Below are positions 1-8,965 of a DNA stretch of 64,000 nt, one piece after another. Position 1 is the first letter of the stretch, and each line of letters starts with the position of its first letter. The stretch is taken from positions 1,914 through 65,913 of the forward strand of contig CAVEPD010000001.1 in assembly GCA_963617535.1 (NCBI GenBank). The letters run 5' to 3'. The translations under genes and the position numbers were made by a program. The stretch is from a bacterium. GTDB taxonomy: Bacteria > Bacillota_I > Bacilli_A > RFN20 > CAG-826. The notes beneath the pieces are model-generated. The model was not told the origin of the DNA and did no database searches. It saw only the letters and a list, made by a program, of their open reading frames with translations.

Positions 1-83
1 GAGCGCGGTTATCATACACCTATCGCGCTTTCCTAGGCAACGTTTCTTTGTCCTAGTTACCACTAAGTGGTACACTTTCCCCC

Positions 84-1829
84 ATGAGCGAAAGAATCCC
101 GGAACTCCTTTCCAAATATTGGCCGGTTCTAGTGACTGGCATTGTCATTTTCCTTGGGCTTTTGTTCGTGATCATCAGTTTCTGCGTCGACGCGAAGCGC
201 AGGAAAGCCTATGAGAAAGAGCTCTTCGATAAGATCAACAGCGTGCGTGTCTATGTGATCAATCTCCCTCAGAACACGGTCTCTTATTTCAACGCGATCA
301 ATGTGGGCCGCGTCAAAAGAGAAAGCCTCAATGAGTTCTACCGTCATTTTCCTCTTTCTGAGCAAACAAGGGTCATGAACTGGATCAACGCGATTGCCGA
401 TGGCGTGGCGGATGAAAGCGACTTCCTCGAGGTCGACGTCAATGACACCTTCGACAAGAAACAATATTTTTCGATGCTTCAGGCGGATGAGGTGGACACC
501 AGAAGGAAGATCCTCCATCTGCAGTCCTATCTCTTCAAATACATGGCTTCGAGCAAGATGAGCTCAAGCGGGGTGAATCACCACGGCTTATCAACCTCGA
601 AAGACTTCGCGAAGGCGATGAATGGGAAGGGGAAGAAGAAAGGCGTCTCGATCGTTTATCGTTTCCTTTACAAGAAAACCCAGAAGAAAGACAGGGAGAT
701 CGATCCCTTGGTGTTCAACCAGCTTAAGAACGCTTTGTCTTATTTATTGCCTCCTAAGGGGTTCTTGATTGCCTGCTCTGGCAATGAGCTTATGCTTAGC
801 GACACCCAGATAAGCGAAAGGGCAAAGGCCCTGTTCCTTGCGCGCAGCGGGCTCGTGCTTGCTAATCGCTTCCTTTCCTTGAATGCCCTCTCTAGCCAGA
901 TCGAGGTGCGCTGCGGCGCGGTGGAACATTACGCTTATCCCGATAATGCGGAAACCATCATCGCCGAAGCCCAGAAGATGGCGGAACTCGCTTATGAAGA
1001 GGAACAAGCCATCGTTTGGTATGAGAAGGGGAAAGAAAACCAAGACTTCCTCAAGGATTCGAATTACCGCACTGAAGTGGAACGCATCATCAACGAGAAG
1101 AAACTCGTCTATCCCTTCCGCCCCATCTATTCGATCAAAGAAGGCAAACCTATTGGCTACTTCGCTAAAGCCGAGCCCAAAGACACCTACTTCGACTCCA
1201 TGGAGGAGCTAAAGGATTACGCGGCCAGGACGCAGGACGACAAAGAGCTCTTCACCACGGTCGCAAGGAACGTCATCCCTCGCTTCGTCAGCGAACGCCT
1301 TTCCTCCGACGAGAAGCTTTTCCTAGGCATTCGCACGGAAGAGAAATCCTATCTTCTCTCCGTCTTCCCTCGCATCGCCAAAGCCAAAGAGGCGAACCTC
1401 GTCTTCCTTTTCGGCGAGAATGATCTCTTGACCCACATGGATCCGGGCTACCCTAACGGCATCAACAATGACGTTATGGGCATCAAGGCCAAAGGGTTTG
1501 AGGTGGCGTTGCTCCTCGATAAGACCGAGCTTTCCCTTCCTTCCACCGTCTATTCTTGCTTCGATTACTTCGTCTGCTCCTTCGCCAATTCGGGCAATGC
1601 CTCCGAGATGGACGCGCGCATCAGGGCCAAACTCCACGCGCTTGTTGAGAAGCTCCTTAAGTACAACAAGCCCATCATCGCCACGGACATCCAAGGCTGG
1701 GGTCCGATCGAGATCTTGGTCCGTTCTGGACTAAACTATATCTCAAGCCAGGATTTCGCCCCCTATGACGTGATGATATTGCCCATCAATTCCAAGGCAA
1801 TCCGCAAAGTCAACGACATGAAAAAGTAG
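84..1829 (+). CDS. Membrane-anchored protein with degenerate GGDEF-like and EAL-like domains
   Basis: 581-aa ORF with an N-terminal TM helix (YWPVLVTGIVIFLGLLFVIISF). The central part follows GGDEF-domain topology, but the signature is SGNEL (LIACSGNELMLSD). The C-terminal part follows EAL-domain topology, with PIIATDIQGWGPIEILVRSGLNYISSQDF where EGVE...QG is expected. Alignment was done by eye only. Confidence 0.5.
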   Translation: MSERIPELLSKYWPVLVTGIVIFLGLLFVIISFCVDAKRRKAYEKELFDKINSVRVYVINLPQNTVSYFNAINVGRVKRESLNEFYRHFPLSEQTRVMNWINAIADGVADESDFLEVDVNDTFDKKQYFSMLQADEVDTRRKILHLQSYLFKYMASSKMSSSGVNHHGLSTSKDFAKAMNGKGKKKGVSIVYRFLYKKTQKKDREIDPLVFNQLKNALSYLLPPKGFLIACSGNELMLSDTQISERAKALFLARSGLVLANRFLSLNALSSQIEVRCGAVEHYAYPDNAETIIAEAQKMAELAYEEEQAIVWYEKGKENQDFLKDSNYRTEVERIINEKKLVYPFRPIYSIKEGKPIGYFAKAEPKDTYFDSMEELKDYAARTQDDKELFTTVARNVIPRFVSERLSSDEKLFLGIRTEEKSYLLSVFPRIAKAKEANLVFLFGENDLLTHMDPGYPNGINNDVMGIKAKGFEVALLLDKTELSLPSTVYSCFDYFVCSFANSGNASEMDARIRAKLHALVEKLLKYNKPIIATDIQGWGPIEILVRSGLNYISSQDFAPYDVMILPINSKAIRKVNDMKK

Positions 1830-1865
1830 TAAACTATCCCCCGGTTTTTAGAAAGGCAACTCAAC

Positions 1866-3317
1866 ATGGGAAACAACAATAATAAAAAGAACGACGCGAT
1901 CACCGCGCGTGACGTCGATTTTGCCCAATGGTACACGGACGTCTGCCGCAAGGCGGAGCTCATGGACTATGCTTCCGTCAAAGGTTTCATCGACTACCTC
2001 CCTTATAGCTATGCGATTTGGGAGGAGATTCAGAATTACCTCAATAAGCGTTTCAAAGAGGATTTAGGCTCGAGCAACGTTTACCTTCCGATGGTCATCC
2101 CAACTTCCTTGTTCAATAAGGAGAAGGAGCACGTCGAGGGCTTCGCCCCCGAGACGCTCGTGGCGACGATGGGGGGAGGCAAAAAACTCGATGATCCTCT
2201 CGTCATCCGCCCGACCTCCGAGATCCTTTTCACCGATTTATATAAGAGGCTCGTCTCTTCCTATAGGGATCTTCCTAAGTGCTACAACCAGTGGTGCTCG
2301 GTGGTCCGTTGGGAGAAGACCACCCGTCCTTTCCTTAGGGGCTCTGAGTTCCTGTGGCAAGAAGGGCACTGCATCTTCGAGACCGAGCAAGAAGCGGTGG
2401 ATAACGCCCTCAAAGCCAGGCAAGTCTACGAAGACCTTGGCAAAGAGCTTTTGGCGATTCCTTTCCTCACCGGCGAGAAGACCGAGCATGAGCGTTTCGC
2501 CGGCGCCGTCCATACCTATACCGTCGAAGCCTTGATGCACGATGGCAAAACGTTGCAGTCAGGCACTTCCCATTATCTAGGGACGGGCTTCACGAAAGCC
2601 TTCGGGGTCAATTTCCTCGGCAGGCAAAATAAATTAGAAGCCCCTCACCAAACCTCTTGGGGCGTCTCCACCCGTCTTATCGGCGCGGTGATCATGGTGC
2701 ATGGCGACGACAACGGGCTCGTCTTGCCTCCGCGTGTCGCCCCGATTCAGGTCGTGATCGTCCCAATCCGCATGCAGACCCCTGGGGTATTAGAAGCCTG
2801 CCGCAAGATGAGGGACGTCATCAAGGGCGAAGGTGTACGCGTCTACTTAGACGAAGACGATTCTAGGACTCCTGGCTGGAAGTTCGCCCAATATGAGATG
2901 AAGGGCGTCCCCCTTCGCATTGAAGTGGGCCCTCGCGATTTGGAACAAGGCGAAGCCGTGCTCACTAGACGCGTGGACGGACTTAAGCAAACCCTTAAGA
3001 TCGAAGACATCGAAAAGCAGATTCCCTCTGTCCTCGACGAGATCCATGAGGCGATGTATCAGAAAGCCAAAGAGAACCTTGAGAACCACATCTACGAAGT
3101 CTCTTCGATCGAGGAGATGAAAGAGGTGCTCGATAACAAAGGCGGCTTCGCGAAGATGGATTTCTGCGGGGATCCCGATTGCGAAGACCACATCAAAGAG
3201 ATGACCGGCGGCGCGAGCACGCGCTGCATCGCGACAACGGACGTAGACGAAGACGCGACTTGCCCTTGCTGCGGCAAGAAGGCCAAGATGAAGGTCTACT
3301 TCGGCAAAGCCTATTAA
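1866..3317 (+). CDS. proS: Proline--tRNA ligase (archaeal/eukaryote-like class II ProRS without the bacterial insertion editing domain)
   Basis: 483 aa. The N-terminus (ITARDVDFAQWYTDVCRKAELMDY), the class II core motifs and a C-terminal Cys cluster (CGDPDCEDH...CPCCGKK) are typical of this ProRS type. A strong terminator follows. Confidence 0.93.
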   Translation: MGNNNNKKNDAITARDVDFAQWYTDVCRKAELMDYASVKGFIDYLPYSYAIWEEIQNYLNKRFKEDLGSSNVYLPMVIPTSLFNKEKEHVEGFAPETLVATMGGGKKLDDPLVIRPTSEILFTDLYKRLVSSYRDLPKCYNQWCSVVRWEKTTRPFLRGSEFLWQEGHCIFETEQEAVDNALKARQVYEDLGKELLAIPFLTGEKTEHERFAGAVHTYTVEALMHDGKTLQSGTSHYLGTGFTKAFGVNFLGRQNKLEAPHQTSWGVSTRLIGAVIMVHGDDNGLVLPPRVAPIQVVIVPIRMQTPGVLEACRKMRDVIKGEGVRVYLDEDDSRTPGWKFAQYEMKGVPLRIEVGPRDLEQGEAVLTRRVDGLKQTLKIEDIEKQIPSVLDEIHEAMYQKAKENLENHIYEVSSIEEMKEVLDNKGGFAKMDFCGDPDCEDHIKEMTGGASTRCIATTDVDEDATCPCCGKKAKMKVYFGKAY

Positions 3318-3330
3318 TCTGACATCAAAT

Positions 3331-3352
3331 AAACGCCTTCGGGCGTTTTTTT
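3331..3352 (+). terminator. Rho-independent terminator of proS
   Basis: AAACGCC-ttcg-GGCGTTT perfect 7-bp stem followed by a T-run. Confidence 0.75.
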
Positions 3353-3490
3353 GATGGCTGCGTGAGGGCTCACGCACAATATTTGCTTGGCCAAATGGTC
3401 TTGACCACAGACAAACGTTTCGGTAAAGTGACTTTGAGCTTACGAAGTAGGCCCACCAACGGCGGGAAAAAGTCTCGCCTTTTTTGTTCG

Positions 3491-3616
3491 ATGGAAAAGA
3501 CGCTTAGCTTGCTCGTTGACGAATCGGGCGGCTTCGTATTCAAGAAAGGTTCTTCCGGTTTTTACTTTTTGACGTTCGTTTTCTCTTTGCTTATATTCGT
3601 CAATACCTTTATATGA
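3491..3616 (+). pseudogene. Possible N-terminal remnant of a DUF3800-like gene
   Basis: A 41-codon ORF (MEKTLSLLVDESGGFVFKKGSSGFYFLTFVF...) carries the DESG start motif typical of DUF3800 proteins and then stops. It lies in a 550-bp gap between convergent genes. Confidence 0.25.
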
Positions 3617-3730
3617 GAGAAAAAGAATTGTGATAGGTCTCCTCTAAAACTAGAAAGGATCATGGATAAAACCATTGATGCATCCGTGATGCCGCCACGA
3701 TCCTCGTCCAGTTCGCAACTGCTTTTGCGA

Positions 3731-3782
3731 CAAAAGTATGAACGAGTATGAAAATGATTTAAAAGTATGAAAGAGTATGAAA
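3731..3782. repeat. Four copies of AGTATGAA arranged as two pairs with 10-bp spacing
   Basis: AGTATGAA occurs at 3734, 3744, 3763 and 3773. The two 21-bp units are AAAGTATGAAcGAGTATGAAA and AAAGTATGAAaGAGTATGAAA. Confidence 0.8.
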
Positions 3783-3859
3783 GGAATCGGGAAGCACTAA
3801 GACGTCATGGAGCTGACCGCATTCATTTCCCTTTCTTAGATTTAGATTGTCACCTTGAT

Positions 3860-3882
3860 AAAAAAGCGCCTTTTGCGGCGCT
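3860..3882 (-). terminator. Rho-independent terminator of the Na/Pi cotransporter gene
   Basis: The minus strand reads AGCGCC-gcaaaa-GGCGCT followed by TTTTTT, about 20 nt after the stop at 3901. Confidence 0.75.
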
Positions 3883-3900
3883 TCCGATGTTTCCAATCGA

Positions 3901-5637
3901 TTAAGGATGCAAAGTGAGATTGTCTTCCTTGCCTTTGGGGAGGTAGGCGGAGCAGCTTCTTTCGGCGATGAAGTTAAGGTGGTCGCCGCATCTTTCTAGG
4001 TTGGATACGAGGTTTAGATACGTGTTGGAGTTCTGCGGTTTGCAGGTGCCGTTCTCAAGCCTTTCGAGATGGCCTTGGACCATGCTGGTACGGAGGTTAT
4101 CGATCTCGTCTTCGTAAGAGGAGACCTTGTTTAGCTTCTCTAGGCTAGGGGTATCGAATGCCTCTTTGGTGGCCTGGAACATCTCACCTAGCTTCGCTTT
4201 CATGTCCTTGATCTCCGAGATGACGATGTCAGAGAAAGTGAGTTCATCCTCAACTTCGTGGCGGGTGTAGCCGGCGATGTTGTCGGCGATCTCGCTTAGA
4301 CGGACGAGGTCAGCGATGTCTAACTGCATCTTGGAGATCTTCGCGCTGGATTCAGGGGATACGCCTGCGCTGGAGATGGCGACTAAGAAGGAGCTTAGCT
4401 CTTTCGACATCTTAAGCACCTTTGTCTCTTCTTCTTCAATCTCGGCTTTTCTGCTTATGTCCTTGCTTAAGAAAGCGTCTAATGAATCGTTGAGGTTATG
4501 AAGGGCCTCTCCTCCTAAAAGATGATAGAAGGAGATTGCTTGGGACAAAGCAAGCTCCGGGGTGGAGAGGAAGCGTTCGTCGAGGAGATCGCTCTTCTTT
4601 TTGTTCTTTTTGTCTCTCACGATTTTGTTCGAGAGGAAGACGAAGAACTTGGTGAAGGGGAGGAAGATGGCGCTGCAGACGACGTTGAAGAAGGTGTGGA
4701 ACATCGCGATCTGGAGCGCGGGGTTATTGGGGAAGAGCTTCGCAAAAGTCATCTCCATCGCACTAGGCCAGCAGAGCAAGACGATGAAGAAGATGACGGA
4801 GCCGAAGACGTTGAATAAGAGGTGGATGATGGAGGCTCTTTTGCCGTTAGTGGTGGAGCCGATTGCGGAAAGCAATGCGGTGGAGCAAGAACCGATGTTG
4901 GATCCTAAAATCAGGTAAAGTACGCCATTGCCGCTCCCTCCAACGACCGCTCCAGCCATAGCCATGGCGAGAACAATCGAAGTGACCGCGCTAGAAGATT
5001 GGGCGAGAACGGTGAGAAGGATGCCGATGACAAGAAGCAAGAAAGGATTGCTCATCGTGGTGAGGAAATCCTTCAGGTTCTGATTGTTGAGGAAAAGGCC
5101 CTTCATGTTGCTTGTCATGGTCTCTAAACCAAGGAAGAGAAGGCCAAGCCCAGCGATGAGGTCGCCCGCTAACGCAACCTTTGGGTGTTTCTTCGCGAAA
5201 ATCATGCGCAGGACTACGCCAACAAGGGTGAGTGCAATCAAGATTTCCGTCAAAGGGAAGGAGTCGGAGCTAAGTCCGCCTAAAGCGACGAGCTGGGCGG
5301 TGATGGTGGTGCCGATATTGGCGCCCATGATATAAGTGGTTGCCTGCGCAAGGGTCATGGCCCCGGCGTTGACGAAGCCCACGACCATGACGGTTGTGGC
5401 GCCACTAGACTGCATGATCATCGTGGCCAAGGTACCGATGCCTAAGCCCGCGAGCTTGGAATTCGCTGTTTTTGCGAAAAGCTTCCTTAGGCCTTTGGTG
5501 GCAATCTTTTCGGTGGAGGCCTGAAGCATGTTCATGCCAATGAACAAGGCTCCTAATCCGCCACACATCAAAAGGATATAAATCCAAATTGGATTCGGAT
5601 TTGCTGAATCAAGCATCAAGGGAATGAATGTTTGCAT
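3901..5637 (-). CDS. Na+/phosphate cotransporter family protein with a C-terminal PhoU-like domain
   Basis: 578 aa. It has two Na_Pi_cotrans-type hydrophobic repeats (GANIGTTITAQ / GSNIGSCSTAL) followed by a helical PhoU-like tail. Confidence 0.85.
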   Translation of the reverse strand: MQTFIPLMLDSANPNPIWIYILLMCGGLGALFIGMNMLQASTEKIATKGLRKLFAKTANSKLAGLGIGTLATMIMQSSGATTVMVVGFVNAGAMTLAQATTYIMGANIGTTITAQLVALGGLSSDSFPLTEILIALTLVGVVLRMIFAKKHPKVALAGDLIAGLGLLFLGLETMTSNMKGLFLNNQNLKDFLTTMSNPFLLLVIGILLTVLAQSSSAVTSIVLAMAMAGAVVGGSGNGVLYLILGSNIGSCSTALLSAIGSTTNGKRASIIHLLFNVFGSVIFFIVLLCWPSAMEMTFAKLFPNNPALQIAMFHTFFNVVCSAIFLPFTKFFVFLSNKIVRDKKNKKKSDLLDERFLSTPELALSQAISFYHLLGGEALHNLNDSLDAFLSKDISRKAEIEEEETKVLKMSKELSSFLVAISSAGVSPESSAKISKMQLDIADLVRLSEIADNIAGYTRHEVEDELTFSDIVISEIKDMKAKLGEMFQATKEAFDTPSLEKLNKVSSYEDEIDNLRTSMVQGHLERLENGTCKPQNSNTYLNLVSNLERCGDHLNFIAERSCSAYLPKGKEDNLTLHP

Positions 5638-5797
5638 GTTTTTGGCGTTCTTTTTGCGTCACGTTATCATATCGCAAACAAGTTGGGTGTTGTCAGGAAA
5701 GCGTTATCAATAGCCTGCGATGGGGATTTTTCGTCCAAAAGGTTGTTGAATTTGCCCCTACCTTTCTCTTTTCCTTTGTTGTATAGTTTCTCCACGC

Positions 5798-5890
5798 GGA
5801 GGCGTACCCAAGAGGCCGAAGGGGGCAGGTTGCTAACCTGTTAGATCGGTGTATGCCGGTGCTCGGGTTCGAATCCCGACGCCTCCGCCA
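5798..5890 (+). tRNA. tRNA-Ser (anticodon GCU), CCA encoded
   Basis: Acceptor stem GGAGGCG/CGCCTCC, anticodon loop TTGCTAA, long variable arm, T-arm TCGGG-TTCGAAT-CCCGA, discriminator G, then CCA. Total length is 93 nt. Confidence 0.92.
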
Positions 5891-5903
5891 CTTAGAAACG
5901 ATG

Positions 5904-5931
5904 GTCTGATGCAGTTGCGTCAGGCTTTTTT
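5904..5931 (+). terminator. Rho-independent terminator after tRNA-Ser
   Basis: 9-bp stem (GTCTGATGC / GCGTCAGGC, with two G-U pairs) followed by TTTTTT. Confidence 0.6.
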
Positions 5932-6409
5932 CTTTAGGAAGCCAAGCCGAAAAGTGATTCGACCTTGAGCTTTTGCGGATTTTCGGAAGTACCACTGGGG
6001 GGATCCGCAATTCAATTGCAAGTTTTCATGCGTTATTGATTTCCGCTCTATTGGAACATTTAGGCGATTGGATGGAAACGCAAGGATGGGTCTTCTTGTT
6101 TGAAACGCCCCCGTAGGAACCGGCGCTCCACCGAAACGTTTCTTTGACCTGGGTAGCGCGGGTGACTCCGGGAGAAAAAGGAAAGGCATATACTCACCTT
6201 CCCTTTTGGGATATCCGCGAGATGTCATCATGATAAAAGAAAATAGTTTCTTCGCTGTTGCCTCGTTCTCTCCTTTTTCACGCCAATTCCCCATTTTTAG
6301 CCTCGCATTGCTAGAAAGAAAATAGGACTTTTTCGATAGAAAAAGGCAAGTTCGCAAAATACCTTTTGAGTAGCATTTAACCTAACGATAGATCGTAGAA
6401 AGAGCCATT

Positions 6410-8857
6410 ATGAGAATTGTCCAAACCCTGAAGAACTGGAATTTGACTTTAAAAGGCCAAAAGATCAAGGCAGAAGTGCCGGGAGACGTCACAATCGATG
6501 CCTTCAAAGCCGGCATGATTGAGAATCCCTATATCAGGGAGAACTACAAAGACGCCTCTTGGATCGGCAGGGAGGACTTCGTTTATGAAAGCGTATTTGA
6601 CGTAAGCGAAGAAGCTTTCGCCAAAGACAGCCAGACTCTCGTTTTCAAAGGCATCGATCTTTTCGCGGACATCTATCTCAATGACGTTTTGCTAGGCTCT
6701 ACCAAGAACGCTTTCCTCGAATATCGCTTCGACGCGAAAGCCGCTTTAAAAGAAAAGAACAACGTTTTGCGGGTTTTTATGCATAGCACGCTTAGCGCCG
6801 CGGACAAAATCGACACGACTGGCTATAGCGCCACTTTCAATCTTCCCCGCATCTTTTTGAGGAAGCCCCAATGCCATTTCGGCTGGGACTGGGCCCCGAA
6901 GATCTGCGCTTATGGGATCATCGACGACGTCATCCTCGAAAGCGCGGAGCTTTATCAGATCACTGATGTCCACATCAAAGCGGACGACCAAGGCCACGTG
7001 AATTTCTTCGTCGAGACCAATTATTCGAACAACGATCTTCTCGCCCCAGATGGCTCCGTCATCAAAAAAGGCGCGGAGAAAGATGATGACCGCTTGGTCT
7101 TCGAAATCTCCAAGACCCCTTTCAAAGAAGATTATTTCAAAGCGGAAGTCGTTCTTAATGGCAAGAAGAACTTCTATGGCACGAAGCTAGATTCCTTTAA
7201 GAAGTGGTGGCCGGTTGGCTATGGTGATCAGCCTCTTTATCCCTATTGCGTCTCGCTTTATCGCGGGGGCAAGAAACTTGACGAGAAGAAAGGCTATTTC
7301 GCTTTCCGCAAAGTCGAGATCCTCGAAGAAGGAAAAGGAGATGGGCTTCTTGGAATGGACATGCTCATCAATGGCAAGAAGATCTTCCTCAAGGGTTCGA
7401 ACTGGGTGCCCCCTGAATGCTTCTCGGGCACGATGAAAGATGAGAAGTACGTCAAATACATCAACCTTGCGAAGAAGATGAACCTCAATATCCTCCGCGT
7501 TTGGGGTGGTGGCATCTACGAGAAAGACATCTTCTTTGAACTTTGCGACAAAGAGGGCATCTTGGTTTGGCAGGACATTTGCTTCGCCTGCGCGGATATC
7601 CCAGACGATCATCCGGAGTTCGTTGCAAGCGTCGTTGAAGAGGTGACCTACCAAGTCAAAAGACTTCGTAACCACCCTAGCCTTGTCTATTGGTGCGGCG
7701 GAAATGAGAAGACCGGATGCTATGGCAATCTCATCAGCCATGGCGATTTCCTTGTGAACTGCATTCTTTACGGGGTGGTCTATAACCTCGACGATACCCG
7801 TCCTTACCGCAGGCAATCCCCCCATTCCTATAACGACGTTGGAAATGATTGGCATAGTGGCGATTCCCACCATAACTGCTTTGAACCGGCTTTGGAGAGA
7901 GGAATGAAAAACTACCGCGCGCAGGTCGCGGAGAAAATCGTCCCTTTCGTCAGCGAATGCGCGACCTTAGGACCTTCTAGCTATGAGACTCTTCATAAGA
8001 TCTTCGGTGATGAGCATATGTGGCCAATGGACGAGATGTGGAACGACCGCTTCATGGAGAACCCTTATGCTGCCGTTTGCCTTGATTTCCCTCATCGTGA
8101 GCTCTTCTATGCGACCGAGTTCTATGGGGAGCCGACCGACGTCAAAGACTTCATTAAGAAAGCGATGCTCGCGCATTCTGAGGCCCTGACCGCGGAAGCC
8201 GAATATTCTCGCGCCCATCGCGACATCTGCGGGGCTTTCCTCAACTGGATGTTCAATGACATCTGGCCAAGCGGCACCTGGGCCGTCCTTGATTACTACC
8301 TTGAGCCAAAGGAAGTTTATTATGGCCTGGCTCATTCTTACGCCCCTCGCCTTGCTAGCTTCTATCAGGACAAAGAGGGCAAGACCCATCTCTTTGTCGA
8401 TAATTCGACGAGTGAGGACGATGATGTCACGATCGTCTATGGGGCCAAAAAGATTGATGGGACCCTTATCTTTGAGAAAGAAGAAAAGGTCGTTTTCTCC
8501 CCGTCGAAACTTTATGACGTCGTTCTCCCTGTTTCCGAATTTGGCCTAGACACCTATCTTTATGCCTATTCCAAAGACGGGAAATACAAGAAGACCCTTT
8601 ATTCTCCCTATAACTGGAGCGGGGCCAAATTCGAGAATAAGTTCGAATATCATTTGACCGTCGTTGATGAAAGGCACGCGAAGCTCATGGTCAAGGCAAA
8701 GACCTTCGTGAAGTCCCTTTTCATCCAGTTCCCCGAGAACTGTGGATACATCTATAGCGACAACTATCTGAGCCTTGAAGCAGGGGATGAAGCTGTTGTT
8801 GATATCGAATCCTACGAGCCTTCTTCCTTTGAAGGTTTGTCTCTTTCGGCCTTTTAA
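6410..8857 (+). CDS. Glycoside hydrolase family 2, beta-mannosidase-like
   Basis: 815 aa. The N-terminus (W.L......KAEVPGDVTIDAFKAGMIENPY) and the TIM-barrel region (NILRVWGGGIYE..., WQD, YWCGGNE) are typical of GH2 beta-mannosidases. No signal peptide is present. Confidence 0.75.
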   Translation: MRIVQTLKNWNLTLKGQKIKAEVPGDVTIDAFKAGMIENPYIRENYKDASWIGREDFVYESVFDVSEEAFAKDSQTLVFKGIDLFADIYLNDVLLGSTKNAFLEYRFDAKAALKEKNNVLRVFMHSTLSAADKIDTTGYSATFNLPRIFLRKPQCHFGWDWAPKICAYGIIDDVILESAELYQITDVHIKADDQGHVNFFVETNYSNNDLLAPDGSVIKKGAEKDDDRLVFEISKTPFKEDYFKAEVVLNGKKNFYGTKLDSFKKWWPVGYGDQPLYPYCVSLYRGGKKLDEKKGYFAFRKVEILEEGKGDGLLGMDMLINGKKIFLKGSNWVPPECFSGTMKDEKYVKYINLAKKMNLNILRVWGGGIYEKDIFFELCDKEGILVWQDICFACADIPDDHPEFVASVVEEVTYQVKRLRNHPSLVYWCGGNEKTGCYGNLISHGDFLVNCILYGVVYNLDDTRPYRRQSPHSYNDVGNDWHSGDSHHNCFEPALERGMKNYRAQVAEKIVPFVSECATLGPSSYETLHKIFGDEHMWPMDEMWNDRFMENPYAAVCLDFPHRELFYATEFYGEPTDVKDFIKKAMLAHSEALTAEAEYSRAHRDICGAFLNWMFNDIWPSGTWAVLDYYLEPKEVYYGLAHSYAPRLASFYQDKEGKTHLFVDNSTSEDDDVTIVYGAKKIDGTLIFEKEEKVVFSPSKLYDVVLPVSEFGLDTYLYAYSKDGKYKKTLYSPYNWSGAKFENKFEYHLTVVDERHAKLMVKAKTFVKSLFIQFPENCGYIYSDNYLSLEAGDEAVVDIESYEPSSFEGLSLSAF

Positions 8858-8965
8858 TCTTCTTTAGTTGCACTTTTGTTTCGTTGCGCTTTTCTTGCAC
8901 CCTTTTCACGCGCGTGCGCATATATAATCTAGAGGAAAGAGGTATTTTGGCCTTCGAGGAAAAGC

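Noticed and set aside
1830-1865. T-box or other leader riboswitch upstream of proS
   Set aside because: Only 36 nt separate proS from the upstream stop, which is far too short for a T-box. proS is probably co-transcribed with the upstream gene.
5920-6357. 145-aa minus-strand ORF in the spacer after tRNA-Ser
   Set aside because: Its composition looks like junk. Its 3' part runs through the tRNA-Ser terminator hairpin. It has no SD and no recognisable similarity to anything I know.
5798-6409. tRNA-Ser as the attachment site of an integrated element or genomic island
   Set aside because: I found no integrase, no direct repeat of the tRNA 3' end downstream, and no obvious change in gene content. 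The flanking genes are ordinary metabolic genes.
7187-7873. 228-aa ORF antisense to the GH2 gene, together with similar antisense or off-frame ORFs inside other large genes (9281-9904, 17740-18378, 2847-3377, 10358-10831)
   Set aside because: All of them are fully nested in strongly supported genes on the opposite strand or in another frame, and none has a recognisable motif.
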